Assembly (NCBI RefSeq): GCF_000011805.1
Contig: NC_006840.2
Length of the DNA stretch: 32,000 nt
From: Aliivibrio fischeri ES114
GTDB lineage: Bacteria > Pseudomonadota > Gammaproteobacteria > Enterobacterales > Vibrionaceae
Direction: 5' to 3' (one strand)
The notes under the pieces were generated by a model. It did not search any database. It was given only the letters and a program-made list of their open reading frames with translations, and was not told the origin of the DNA. Each line of letters begins with the position of its first letter. Within the stretch, counting starts at the first letter, position 1. This document shows positions 8,611-17,796 of the stretch, one piece after another. Made by a program: the position numbers and the translations under genes.

Positions 8611-9936
8611 GTGCTGCTAGGTACTTCTTCAACACAAATCTTTTATCACTTGTTAGATCTGGATGATGAACAACAGCAAAAAGTGCTCGACACACTTAAA
8701 GAAAATCAACCAGAAATCCATCAAGAGATCACAGCGTTACTAGGTTCTTCCCCATCAGAGCATTTCTCCGATCTGCTCGGCTTTCACGCGCAACAAACTT
8801 GCCATTTTGATTGGGATTTAAGCAATCAAACGATTGATAAATACCAATTACGTGATGAGTTGGGTCGTGGAGGAATGGGCGTTGTTTATTCTGCACATCG
8901 AGCAAATGGTACTTTTGAACAAGAGTTGGCTATTAAGTTTATTCAGCCAAGTTTTAACAACCTACTCGATAAAAGAGCGCTATTTGAAGAAGCTCAACTT
9001 TTAGCTCGTTTAAATCACCCCTACATTGCAAAAGTATTCGATGGTGGTGAGCACCAAAATCTTGTTTATGTCGTAATGGAAAAAGTGATTGGTTCAACGC
9101 TTAACGATTTTTTAGTAATGCATGAACTATCCAAGGCACAAAAATTACACCTATTTAGTCAAGTTTGTAAGGCTCTCGAACACGCACATCAGCACAATGT
9201 ACTTCATGCGGATCTTAAGCCTGAAAACATATTGATTGATAAGCAACACTCTCCCAAATTAATCGACTTTAACCTTACACAAAAAGTAAAAGAGAGCACG
9301 ATTGAGCCTCAACAAGGCGTGCTTGCCTTTAGTGAGCAATTTGCGAGCCCTGAACAAAAATCAGGTGGGTTTCTTACGCAACAGAGTGATATTTTTTCAC
9401 TCGGAAAGATCTTACATTTGCTATTTCCAGTAACAAATGAAAATGATGATATTCACTGCATCCAAACGAAAGCGATGCAAGAATCATTAGATAAGCGCTA
9501 TCGCTCGGTTTTAGAACTGCGATTAGATATCGAAGCGGTTATCGCTTCTCGTCCAATTAGCTTAAAGCAGCATCGTCCATGCTATACATTAACGTGCCTA
9601 TTAAAACGTAAGCCTATTCCTTCATTTTTATGTGCATTATTAATGATTACAGGCATCGCATTTTCAAGTTTATTAGCACTTAAAAACCATCAGTTAGAAC
9701 AAGAAAAAATCGTTGCTGAAAACATGATGTATGAAGTGACGCAATTACTGTTTCACTCAAAAGGGTCAAGCGTCTCTCAAGCATCGATTAACTCGATGTT
9801 AGAGCTTACTCGTCGCCGAATTTTATCTAATCCAGATTTACCAGCACATATAAAACAGCGAATGTTATTGGCCATGATGACGCCGATCCCAACAAAACAG
9901 AAATTAACCACTCATCATTTCACTAATAATAATTAA
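8611..9936 (+). CDS. Transmembrane Hanks-type serine/threonine protein kinase
   Basis: 441 aa; P-loop GRGGMGVVYSAHR, AIKFI lysine, catalytic loop HADLKPENILI, DFN in place of DFG, SPEQ; C-terminal TM FLCALLMITGIAFSSLLAL. Confidence 0.92.
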   Translation: MLLGTSSTQIFYHLLDLDDEQQQKVLDTLKENQPEIHQEITALLGSSPSEHFSDLLGFHAQQTCHFDWDLSNQTIDKYQLRDELGRGGMGVVYSAHRANGTFEQELAIKFIQPSFNNLLDKRALFEEAQLLARLNHPYIAKVFDGGEHQNLVYVVMEKVIGSTLNDFLVMHELSKAQKLHLFSQVCKALEHAHQHNVLHADLKPENILIDKQHSPKLIDFNLTQKVKESTIEPQQGVLAFSEQFASPEQKSGGFLTQQSDIFSLGKILHLLFPVTNENDDIHCIQTKAMQESLDKRYRSVLELRLDIEAVIASRPISLKQHRPCYTLTCLLKRKPIPSFLCALLMITGIAFSSLLALKNHQLEQEKIVAENMMYEVTQLLFHSKGSSVSQASINSMLELTRRRILSNPDLPAHIKQRMLLAMMTPIPTKQKLTTHHFTNNN

Positions 9937-9965
9937 ATTCTCGTTTAGAAAAGGACATTCATAAT

Positions 9966-11393
9966 ATGAAAAACAAACCGTTTTCAGCTCTTTTATTGAT
10001 GCTATTTCTAGGCACTCCTTCTGTTGCTCATGCAGAAATAAAAACGGGATATTTCATCGACTCACCAGTTACTGGTCTTTATTACCAAACAAGCTCACAA
10101 CTGTCTGGAACGACAAATAAAGGGGCTTTTGAGTATCGAACTGGTGATGTGGTGCGTTTTTTCTTAGGTACTGATGAAAATGGTTATCTTATTAGTACAC
10201 TATCAGGCCAAGAAGTAGTTACCCCAACGTTAGCCACCACAACACCAAGTAAAAGTATTAATTTAACTCGGTTATTGCTCTCTCTTGATAGTTCACCAAG
10301 CAACCGAGATGAAATCACTCTAGCAAGTAAGATGCTTTCTAACGTGGATTTTCAACAACGACTTAAACAAATCGATCTCAATGTATTAGACAGTTCTTCT
10401 AAAGAGCTAAATATTGATCTCGTTTCAGTAAAAGAAGCCGTTGAACACTTAAATCTAAGCCAGCAATACATCGAAGATAATTTCACTTCCGATGACATTA
10501 TTTATCAGCCAGTCAATAAACATCTAAAACACATCATCATTAAGAAAAAAGACTGGCAAGGTCGAATGTGTGCTTACGACATTAAATATCAGCATCACCC
10601 AAGATATCGCCCTTCTTTTGGCAATATGGAATATACGGTGACAAATACTCACCTTATCCAATACCCAAGCGCTGGTGATTACTTTAATGGCTGTGAATTA
10701 GATACCAGTCTCCCTGTGATCGCAAACAAAAGTCCTATCTCTGAATTTGAAGGCTTTGGCGGAATGATCGGATGTGCCCCAACAGGATGCACACGTAATG
10801 ACCTTAATGGGTTTACGTTAGACGACTATAACGACGAAGGTGACTGGAAATACCGAACCATCGCTATGAATTTTGATCCTGAAACTGAATTAATGATGGA
10901 AAAAATTCAAGGGTTAGGTCCTAACGAACACGTGCGCCATCAAAATAGAGGTGAACAAATTGCTTTTATTTATCCGATAGATAAAGAAGAAAAAATCCCT
11001 TTTGAAGGCATATGGCAACAAACGCAATATCACGGTCAAAAAATCGAAAAACACTGTTTATTAGTCAAAAATCATCAAGTTCTTAAGCACCCAAAAACAG
11101 GTAAAACCTGCTCAAAAAATGAAGAACAGTACACATTGAATGTGACTAAAGACTACGCCGATATGTGGTGGGTAAACAATAAAGATAATAATGCTCGACT
11201 AGAACAAATGAATTTATTGGTTCGTTGGTATCTCAACGGAAATCAGGTTCAACACACAACATGGGAGTATTTACCCGCAGGTAGAGATTGGAAGCAAGGG
11301 GTTCTCTATCGCTATCGACAAACACTTCAACGCCAGCCAAATGGTATTGAAACTATGGATACATTTTCTGTCTCTGAATTTAGCAAAATATAA
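9966..11393 (+). CDS. Secreted or periplasmic protein of unknown function in the kinase-sigma operon
   Basis: 475 aa; signal peptide MKNKPFSALLLMLFLGTPSVAHA; GLYYQTSSQLSGTTNKGAFEYRTGDVVRFFLG motif of a type I recall from gammaproteobacterial envelope proteins. Confidence 0.75.
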   Translation: MKNKPFSALLLMLFLGTPSVAHAEIKTGYFIDSPVTGLYYQTSSQLSGTTNKGAFEYRTGDVVRFFLGTDENGYLISTLSGQEVVTPTLATTTPSKSINLTRLLLSLDSSPSNRDEITLASKMLSNVDFQQRLKQIDLNVLDSSSKELNIDLVSVKEAVEHLNLSQQYIEDNFTSDDIIYQPVNKHLKHIIIKKKDWQGRMCAYDIKYQHHPRYRPSFGNMEYTVTNTHLIQYPSAGDYFNGCELDTSLPVIANKSPISEFEGFGGMIGCAPTGCTRNDLNGFTLDDYNDEGDWKYRTIAMNFDPETELMMEKIQGLGPNEHVRHQNRGEQIAFIYPIDKEEKIPFEGIWQQTQYHGQKIEKHCLLVKNHQVLKHPKTGKTCSKNEEQYTLNVTKDYADMWWVNNKDNNARLEQMNLLVRWYLNGNQVQHTTWEYLPAGRDWKQGVLYRYRQTLQRQPNGIETMDTFSVSEFSKI

Positions 11394-11404
11394 CGGAATT
11401 AGTC

Positions 11405-11971
11405 ATGAAAACAACAACAGAACTGACACGCATTATTCAAGATTGGCAAGCAGGAAATAAACAAGCTGAAAACCAGTTATATCAATTCGCTTATTTACAG
11501 CTCAGACATATCGCTCAAGAAGAGCGAAAACGTAACGCTGAAAAATTCGGCCAACATAATGATGTTCTGACTGACAGCGTAAATAGCACAACCGCTTTGA
11601 TTCACGACGCTTACCTTAAGCTTTCAAACTCAGAGCTAAGTGATGTAAAAACCAAACGCGATTTCTTTTTAATGGCCACCAAAGTGATGCGCCAAATCTT
11701 GATCGACAATGCCCGTTCACAACAAGCTCAAAAGCGTCAGGCGCTAACCTCAATTCAAGATGATAATGATAAATTTGAACAATTGATCATTATGGATAAA
11801 GCACTTGATAGCTTTAGTGTGCGCTATCCCCGCCAATCAAATGCTCTAAAGTTAAAATATCTTATGGGTATGAAAAACAATGAAATTTGCCAACTTTTAG
11901 AATGCAGCTCAAGCCTAATAGAGAAAGATTTAAAATTCTCTCGCAGCTGGCTTCAAACTCGTATGATGTAA
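11405..11971 (+). CDS. ECF-type RNA polymerase sigma factor (kinase-associated, ECF43/Sig-70_X6-like)
   Basis: 188 aa; region 2 STTALIHDAYLKLSN...KRDFFLMATKVMRQILIDNARSQ, region 4 NALKLKYLMGMKNNEICQLLECSSSLIEKDLKFSRSWLQ. Confidence 0.88.
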   Translation: MKTTTELTRIIQDWQAGNKQAENQLYQFAYLQLRHIAQEERKRNAEKFGQHNDVLTDSVNSTTALIHDAYLKLSNSELSDVKTKRDFFLMATKVMRQILIDNARSQQAQKRQALTSIQDDNDKFEQLIIMDKALDSFSVRYPRQSNALKLKYLMGMKNNEICQLLECSSSLIEKDLKFSRSWLQTRMM

Positions 11972-11977
11972 TTACTA

Positions 11978-13546
11978 ATGAAAAAAAAAGCACTCATTCT
12001 ATTATCAATAAGTACTATTGCTTTAAGTGGTTTTTGGTTGCGCTCTGCTATTTCGTCACCATCCGAACATACCGTGATAGCAGAACCAATTCCATTACCA
12101 ACAATACAAAACACGCCATCTCGTGAAGCATTTTTATCTAGCTTTCATAAAGAAAAAACACAGCTAAATACAGCGCCAAAAAAGGAACGAGATAATGATG
12201 AAACTACAGAGTATTCAGAGAAAATAAATACTCGAAAAACATCGCCTCAAGAAGATAGAGAAGCTGATTTAGAATATAACGCAGATAAAGTACAAAGCCT
12301 CCCACAGTTGAGCTCGACTCAAAAAACAGGAAGTGTTGGCAACCAAAAACCCAAAGTGGATAACGACATACAGCAGCAGTTACAAACCATGATGTATGCG
12401 TGGAATTTAACGCAATCCACACCGGTAAATTATTCATTTAATATCAACGGTCTTTTTTATGATGAGGAGCATGACTTTATTACCACGAGAGTTCGCTTCT
12501 CTTATCCAGGACTTTCTTTAATCAATAGAGGCGAGCTAACCTTAGTTGGTTCCCCTATCGAAAGTGATAAACCAACTCAATTCATTATTTCGGCAAAAGA
12601 TGACTATCATGGAAATAAAGAAAGTGCATGGACTCATGTAAGCTTTGATTTACCCTCAACAGAAGAGTCAAACTCAAGCGTTGAACACCCATTAATTGGG
12701 CATACCCTTTATCGATTAGAAACAACAAATCATTTTGCTGGCCATAGCTATGAGTATGAAGTTGTTTATTGTGAGGCATTTAAATTCATTAATAACCTCG
12801 CTTATTATGCGGCTTCAACCAATAAAAGAACCTGCCCTACAGAAGAATCGTTATCCGAAGTCGGTACCTATGCCATTGATGACAAACACCTCATTGTAAC
12901 AAGCAGCTATTCAGCTTTTGATGCAGAGCAACGTTGGAAAATACTGCATTCCTATGAATCTAGCTTTAATAAAGGTGAAAGCCTACTTACCACGATTCAT
13001 AATGGAAAAGAGTTTGAGACCTACACAATATTAAAAAATAAACGAGCAATGGAATCTCGTTTAAATGTCGTTACTGGGCAAACCCCTTATCAAATGGAAA
13101 AATTTGAATATTTCTTCCCTACAGATAAGCAAGGAAACTACATTAAAGGCACTGCGGGAATGTATATGATGGACTCTAGATTAGTTAATCCAAACTGGTT
13201 CAGCCTAGATTCTGATCTCAATATTCATTCGGATACGCATAACATGACGTGTGATTTTGTTGTCGCTTTTTATCAAAGTTCAACCATGGGTGGTCAAGGA
13301 GCAAGTGGTATAAGTATAACGTCGAGTTCCGTAGCCCCTAACTATATTGACCCACTAGAATGCGAAGAAAGAATTAACCCAAATAATGGCAAACGCTATG
13401 CGTATCTTGACTTAGATTACTCACCTTATGATGAGTTTGTTGATGGGGGGATCTATAGCTACATTTTAAAACCCAAACCAGAATACGCTCATTTAGTGGA
13501 AGAGTTTAAAGTTAACCTAATCTATCACGCTCCAAATTTAAGCTAA
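11978..13546 (+). CDS. Membrane-anchored or exported protein of unknown function immediately downstream of the sigma factor
   Basis: 522 aa; N-terminal hydrophobic segment ALILLSISTIALSGFWL followed by a low-complexity linker and a large soluble domain; 6 nt after the sigma-factor stop. Confidence 0.75.
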   Translation: MKKKALILLSISTIALSGFWLRSAISSPSEHTVIAEPIPLPTIQNTPSREAFLSSFHKEKTQLNTAPKKERDNDETTEYSEKINTRKTSPQEDREADLEYNADKVQSLPQLSSTQKTGSVGNQKPKVDNDIQQQLQTMMYAWNLTQSTPVNYSFNINGLFYDEEHDFITTRVRFSYPGLSLINRGELTLVGSPIESDKPTQFIISAKDDYHGNKESAWTHVSFDLPSTEESNSSVEHPLIGHTLYRLETTNHFAGHSYEYEVVYCEAFKFINNLAYYAASTNKRTCPTEESLSEVGTYAIDDKHLIVTSSYSAFDAEQRWKILHSYESSFNKGESLLTTIHNGKEFETYTILKNKRAMESRLNVVTGQTPYQMEKFEYFFPTDKQGNYIKGTAGMYMMDSRLVNPNWFSLDSDLNIHSDTHNMTCDFVVAFYQSSTMGGQGASGISITSSSVAPNYIDPLECEERINPNNGKRYAYLDLDYSPYDEFVDGGIYSYILKPKPEYAHLVEEFKVNLIYHAPNLS

Positions 13547-13566
13547 AAAAATCATAGAGATAAATA

Positions 13567-13596
13567 AAAAAAGAGCGAAGTGTGTCGCTCTTTTTT
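13567..13596. terminator. Bidirectional intrinsic terminator
   Basis: AAAAAAGAGCGA - AGTGTG - TCGCTCTTTTTT between convergent genes. Confidence 0.9.
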
Positions 13597-13613
13597 GTTT
13601 GGCCTATGATAGG

Positions 13614-14477
13614 CTAAAAACTCCAGAGTGCCTGTAAACCAGTACTGAATGTATGGGTATCCGCCTCTGGCAGCGTTGCATAGCCATTTTTGGTTTCGCG
13701 CTCTGTACAAACACCATCAACCATGGTGATGCACGTTTCAACTAGCACCGCTTGCTTGTCTGTCTCAAAGCGTTTTTCATAACCTAGCATCGCATACCAA
13801 CCAAGGTGTAACCCTTTCATGACTTCGTAGCTAATGGTTCCTTCAATTGAAACTCTCATTCCAAAATCATTAAACGTATTATCTTCAAACTTAGTATTTT
13901 GAGTCACACTATAAATTGGGAGACCTAATACTGCACGTCCGCTCACTTTCCATTTCTTATCACTAAACAGTAAGCCATTATCGTAAGCCACACCCAAATC
14001 AACAAAAATATCGGTCGAGGTTTCTTCCCATGTGCCATAAAACGCTTTATTGGTGAACCCATTATGGTTTCTCATACCGTAGCGAGTATACGTTTGGTAA
14101 GTAAGTGCCGGACCACCGATAACTCGCCACTCGTCAGTAAGTTTGTAGTGCAGTTGAATGTTGGTCGCCGTTTTTAAATATTCAAACTTATTGGTTTGCA
14201 TTAATTGACCATAATACTTCCAATCTTCTTGTGCACTTTGAGGAGAAAATGAAGCCAAGGCATCAATAGAAAAATCAAACTTATCGTTAATGTAATACAA
14301 GCCACCACTGTTCAAAACAGGGTTTGTGATCGTCACCTTAGATTGTGTTCCACCATAATACTCTTGATACGTTACGTTCTCTAAACCAAACGTAAAGTAA
14401 GAATACCCATAGTTTTTGTCTCCCTCATGCGCCATTGCAAAACACGGCAATAAACCTAACCAGTATATTTTTTTCAT
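13614..14477 (-). CDS. Predicted outer-membrane beta-barrel protein
   Basis: 287 aa; signal peptide, alternating aromatic/hydrophobic strands, terminal Phe (HTFSTGLQALWSF). Confidence 0.7.
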   Translation of the reverse strand: MKKIYWLGLLPCFAMAHEGDKNYGYSYFTFGLENVTYQEYYGGTQSKVTITNPVLNSGGLYYINDKFDFSIDALASFSPQSAQEDWKYYGQLMQTNKFEYLKTATNIQLHYKLTDEWRVIGGPALTYQTYTRYGMRNHNGFTNKAFYGTWEETSTDIFVDLGVAYDNGLLFSDKKWKVSGRAVLGLPIYSVTQNTKFEDNTFNDFGMRVSIEGTISYEVMKGLHLGWYAMLGYEKRFETDKQAVLVETCITMVDGVCTERETKNGYATLPEADTHTFSTGLQALWSF

Positions 14478-14704
14478 TTTTCGTCCCTAGATGTATTTTG
14501 GGGTGCGAAATATGAGTGATTCATTCCAAAAAACCAATAGTGCTATTGATAAAAAAATAAAATAAATTTTACGGTTTTTTTCCTATTTTCCGTGTCTTGT
14601 TTTGTTTTTTGAACCGGCGTAAAAGTGTCGCACTTTTGAGTTTTACAAATAAATAAACATGTATTGAGGGAAAGGCTACCCTCATCAAAAAGGATTGAGA
14701 CAGA

Positions 14705-17476
14705 ATGAAAAAGGTAAGTTTATTAGCAGCGTCAGTGGCACTAGCGTTAGTAGGTTGTGGCGGTTCTGATGGTGGTTCAGACACCAATACAGGTACACCT
14801 TCAGCTGGCGGTATTGTTATTACTGGTTTTGATGGCTACTTTAAGAATGCGGTTGTGTTTGATGACATGCCTGTAGCAACACGTACATCAACAGTTGGCA
14901 AACTAGATTCTAACGATACTATTTTTGGTTTAACTGATGGAAATGGTAAAATTACTCTTCCAAAAAATACTGAAATTAAAGGTACTCTGAGTTTACAAAC
15001 CATTACTCCTAATGGCGATGTACAAAAGATGCTGATCGCTCGTGATCCAAGTAAATTTGCTGGCATCTATACCATTGATATGGATCATCCAACTCAAGCA
15101 ATGGCACACGAAGTTTCTTTCCGTACTCTTTCTGGTGAGAAAATCATCTCTCCTTTAACAGACCTTGTAGCAGCCAAAGCAGGTACAAATCCAACACCAG
15201 CTCAAATCAAACAAGCTAAAAAAGAAGTAAATACAGCTCTTGGATTGGATGAAGAAAACACTGATGTATTTTCTGATGTCATTGCTGCTGGCGATCATGC
15301 TCTACACAAAACAGCACAAATCTTAACTGAATCAAAAGTAGAAGCTGGTAATAACTATACGCCAACAGCAGCTATCGCTATTGCCGAAAAAGCGACAGAA
15401 ATAGTAAAAGATCCTGAAAATGCAGATAAACTTGATCAACCTAACTTCAAACCAACGATTCCTGTAGACAATACAGGAACAGTCGGTGAAGTGATTATTA
15501 ATAATAAGTTAGTCGTTAGCAAAACTATTTATGACAACCTTATCAAACAAGTAAATAGCGCAGATAAATTTACTGATGTTACAGAAATTTCTCTAATCGA
15601 TTTACCTATCGCTGAACTATTTGTAGATGCTGATAATAAAAATGAAATTATCCCAGAAGTAAAAATCAGTACCGTAAATGGTAGCGATGTTACTGCAGAA
15701 TTTAACATTACTAAAACAGCGACAGAGTTAACTATTTCAGCAAAAAATATCACAACTGTACGTGATACTTATATTGTGACATTAAGCTCTACAGATATTG
15801 CTGTTAATGATAAAAACATGGGGGTAGTTAGTACGACTTTTAAAATCAAAGTTGATCTAGAAAATTCAGCACCAACATTAAACCTACAAGTTAAAAATAC
15901 ATTACAAGAGTGGTTAGGAAGTTTAGAACTACAACAAAATGTTGCTGTATTTGATGAAAAAATGCGTATCAGCGACTTATTTGAAGATGAAGACAAGTTA
16001 ACTTATAGCGTTTATAGCTCTGTTGCAGGTTTAGAGTTTGCACTTGCTCCTTTTAATGATGGCGGTACTGAACTTGAAATATTAGGTAAGCCAAATCATG
16101 CGTACCCAGCAGGTGAAACGATTACAATTTCTGCGACTGATGGTATTAATACTGTTTATGAAGAATTTACATTAGCTGCAATTGCAGAAGCCGGCATTAC
16201 GATTAATGAAATCAAATATGTGGCACTACAAGAAAAAATTACTGATATAACCTTGAAAAAAGGTACCCCTATAATAGAGGCTCAATTAAATATTACAGAA
16301 CTGTTCAATACTGAAAGCGTAAACGGCTTAGGTGCTATTGAATATTATGCAGGCTTAGAAGATAAAGCTCCTGGACCTAATGGTGAGAACCTTCATGAAG
16401 GTTTCACTACTGTAGATGGTGTTAACGTTAATGTTGATACTAATGGCACCCTTACTATTTATGGTGAACCAAACGAGATTATTAAAGGTGGTTACTTCTA
16501 CCTTATGGCAGGTGTAAATGGTGACACCTCAGACGAAATTTCATCTAAAATGGTGAAAATAACTTTATCTGATGTTCAACCTGCGGATGGTGGCGAAATA
16601 ATTCCACCAGAGACAAGCCTTAACCTACAAGATAAATATTTATATAAAATAGAAAGCGGCAATTTCAATGGCGTATCGGGTCTATTCTGTGACATTCGCT
16701 ATTATGATTCTTCTAATAAAAAGTTCTATATGAATATAAGAACAGAAATCAATAAAGAACTTTGTACTGTTGTGAACACAACTCTTTCACCAAGCAACCA
16801 ACCAGAATTATTTGAAGAAGTTGCTGAATATACACTTCAAAATGGAATTTTCACTTTTAGTTATAATGATGGTTCTGAGCAATTTACAACCACTCATTCA
16901 CCTTTACAATTTGATATAGGTTATGACTCTCAAGTATCACCATTTAGCCACTATGTTGTTAGAGCTAATGAGGTTGGGATCGATAATGATGGTGAATATG
17001 AAAGTGCTGAACTTTACTCTCTATATCTTGGAGCAGAGGCCGTTGAGGAGGTTATTGCAGTAAAAACTACCCATCAAAGCGGCAACGACCATACAACTGA
17101 ACCATCAAACTTCAGAAATCAAATGATACATTACACAGATAACAATGAAGTGTCTGAATTCAAAGTCGAAGCTCAAATGCGATCTTTGGATTTCTGTGAT
17201 GGAACGTTAGAAGGCTCAATGTGCGAACAAGGTTTGGCTGATGCTGACCTTATTATCAAAGATATGAGCTGTTCTGAATTTCAAAAAGCCTACAACACTC
17301 CATATGTGAACGGTGAATACTTCATTAATGAAGGTTATATTGAAAACGGTATTAATAAGTGTGGCATCGATTTTTATAGTGAGAGTGCTATTACATCAGG
17401 ATTTTATACTTTCCGAGCTTCACCTAAAAATGAAAATACTCATGAAGAAATTAACTTCAGTTTCAAAAAAGACTAA
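14705..17476 (+). CDS. Large lipoprotein with cadherin/Ig-like repeats
   Basis: 923 aa; lipobox VALVGCGGSDGGSD; DLFEDEDKLTYSVYSS...LEILGKPNHAYPAGETITISATDG resembles dystroglycan-type cadherin-like modules. Confidence 0.75.
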   Translation: MKKVSLLAASVALALVGCGGSDGGSDTNTGTPSAGGIVITGFDGYFKNAVVFDDMPVATRTSTVGKLDSNDTIFGLTDGNGKITLPKNTEIKGTLSLQTITPNGDVQKMLIARDPSKFAGIYTIDMDHPTQAMAHEVSFRTLSGEKIISPLTDLVAAKAGTNPTPAQIKQAKKEVNTALGLDEENTDVFSDVIAAGDHALHKTAQILTESKVEAGNNYTPTAAIAIAEKATEIVKDPENADKLDQPNFKPTIPVDNTGTVGEVIINNKLVVSKTIYDNLIKQVNSADKFTDVTEISLIDLPIAELFVDADNKNEIIPEVKISTVNGSDVTAEFNITKTATELTISAKNITTVRDTYIVTLSSTDIAVNDKNMGVVSTTFKIKVDLENSAPTLNLQVKNTLQEWLGSLELQQNVAVFDEKMRISDLFEDEDKLTYSVYSSVAGLEFALAPFNDGGTELEILGKPNHAYPAGETITISATDGINTVYEEFTLAAIAEAGITINEIKYVALQEKITDITLKKGTPIIEAQLNITELFNTESVNGLGAIEYYAGLEDKAPGPNGENLHEGFTTVDGVNVNVDTNGTLTIYGEPNEIIKGGYFYLMAGVNGDTSDEISSKMVKITLSDVQPADGGEIIPPETSLNLQDKYLYKIESGNFNGVSGLFCDIRYYDSSNKKFYMNIRTEINKELCTVVNTTLSPSNQPELFEEVAEYTLQNGIFTFSYNDGSEQFTTTHSPLQFDIGYDSQVSPFSHYVVRANEVGIDNDGEYESAELYSLYLGAEAVEEVIAVKTTHQSGNDHTTEPSNFRNQMIHYTDNNEVSEFKVEAQMRSLDFCDGTLEGSMCEQGLADADLIIKDMSCSEFQKAYNTPYVNGEYFINEGYIENGINKCGIDFYSESAITSGFYTFRASPKNENTHEEINFSFKKD

Positions 17477-17494
17477 ATGTGATTAACTAACAAA

Positions 17495-17518
17495 AAACCC
17501 CGGTACTCGCCGGGGTTT
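17495..17518 (+). terminator. Intrinsic terminator after the lipoprotein gene
   Basis: AAACCCCGG - TACTCG - CCGGGGTTT. Confidence 0.85.
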
Positions 17519-17585
17519 ATTTTATCTCTCCCCACCGCCACTTCCATTTAAAACCTTACTCACATCACAAAAAACTCACCTCAAA

Positions 17586-17739
17586 TTTCCATTTCCACTT
17601 TTATTTCCACATTAGGTAAATTTGTAACTTCATAATAAGTAAGGAAATAGAAAAAAAAGTATGATCTATATCTCCTCAAGTATTCCAATTTCCACTTCAA
17701 AGTGGAAAAACTATCTCTGTTCACTTTTTCTTTCCACTT
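17586..17739. promoter_or_regulatory. Candidate operator array upstream of the PRD/DUF431x operon
   Basis: TTTCCACTT at 17592-17600, 17689-17697 and 17731-17739, partial TTTCCAC at 17604-17610, inverted copy AAGTGGAAA at 17700-17708. Confidence 0.5.
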
Positions 17740-17796
17740 ATATTCTTTCATCATCAAGTTAGGTATTAAAAATATTATTTAGAGGAAATAAAAAAC

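Noticed and set aside
11887-12126. 79-aa plus-strand ORF across the sigma factor end
   Set aside because: Alternative frame over two supported coding regions; no plausible product.
17586-17739. CRISPR-like interpretation of the TTTCCACTT repeats
   Set aside because: The units are only 9 bp, irregularly spaced and partly inverted; an operator array is more plausible.
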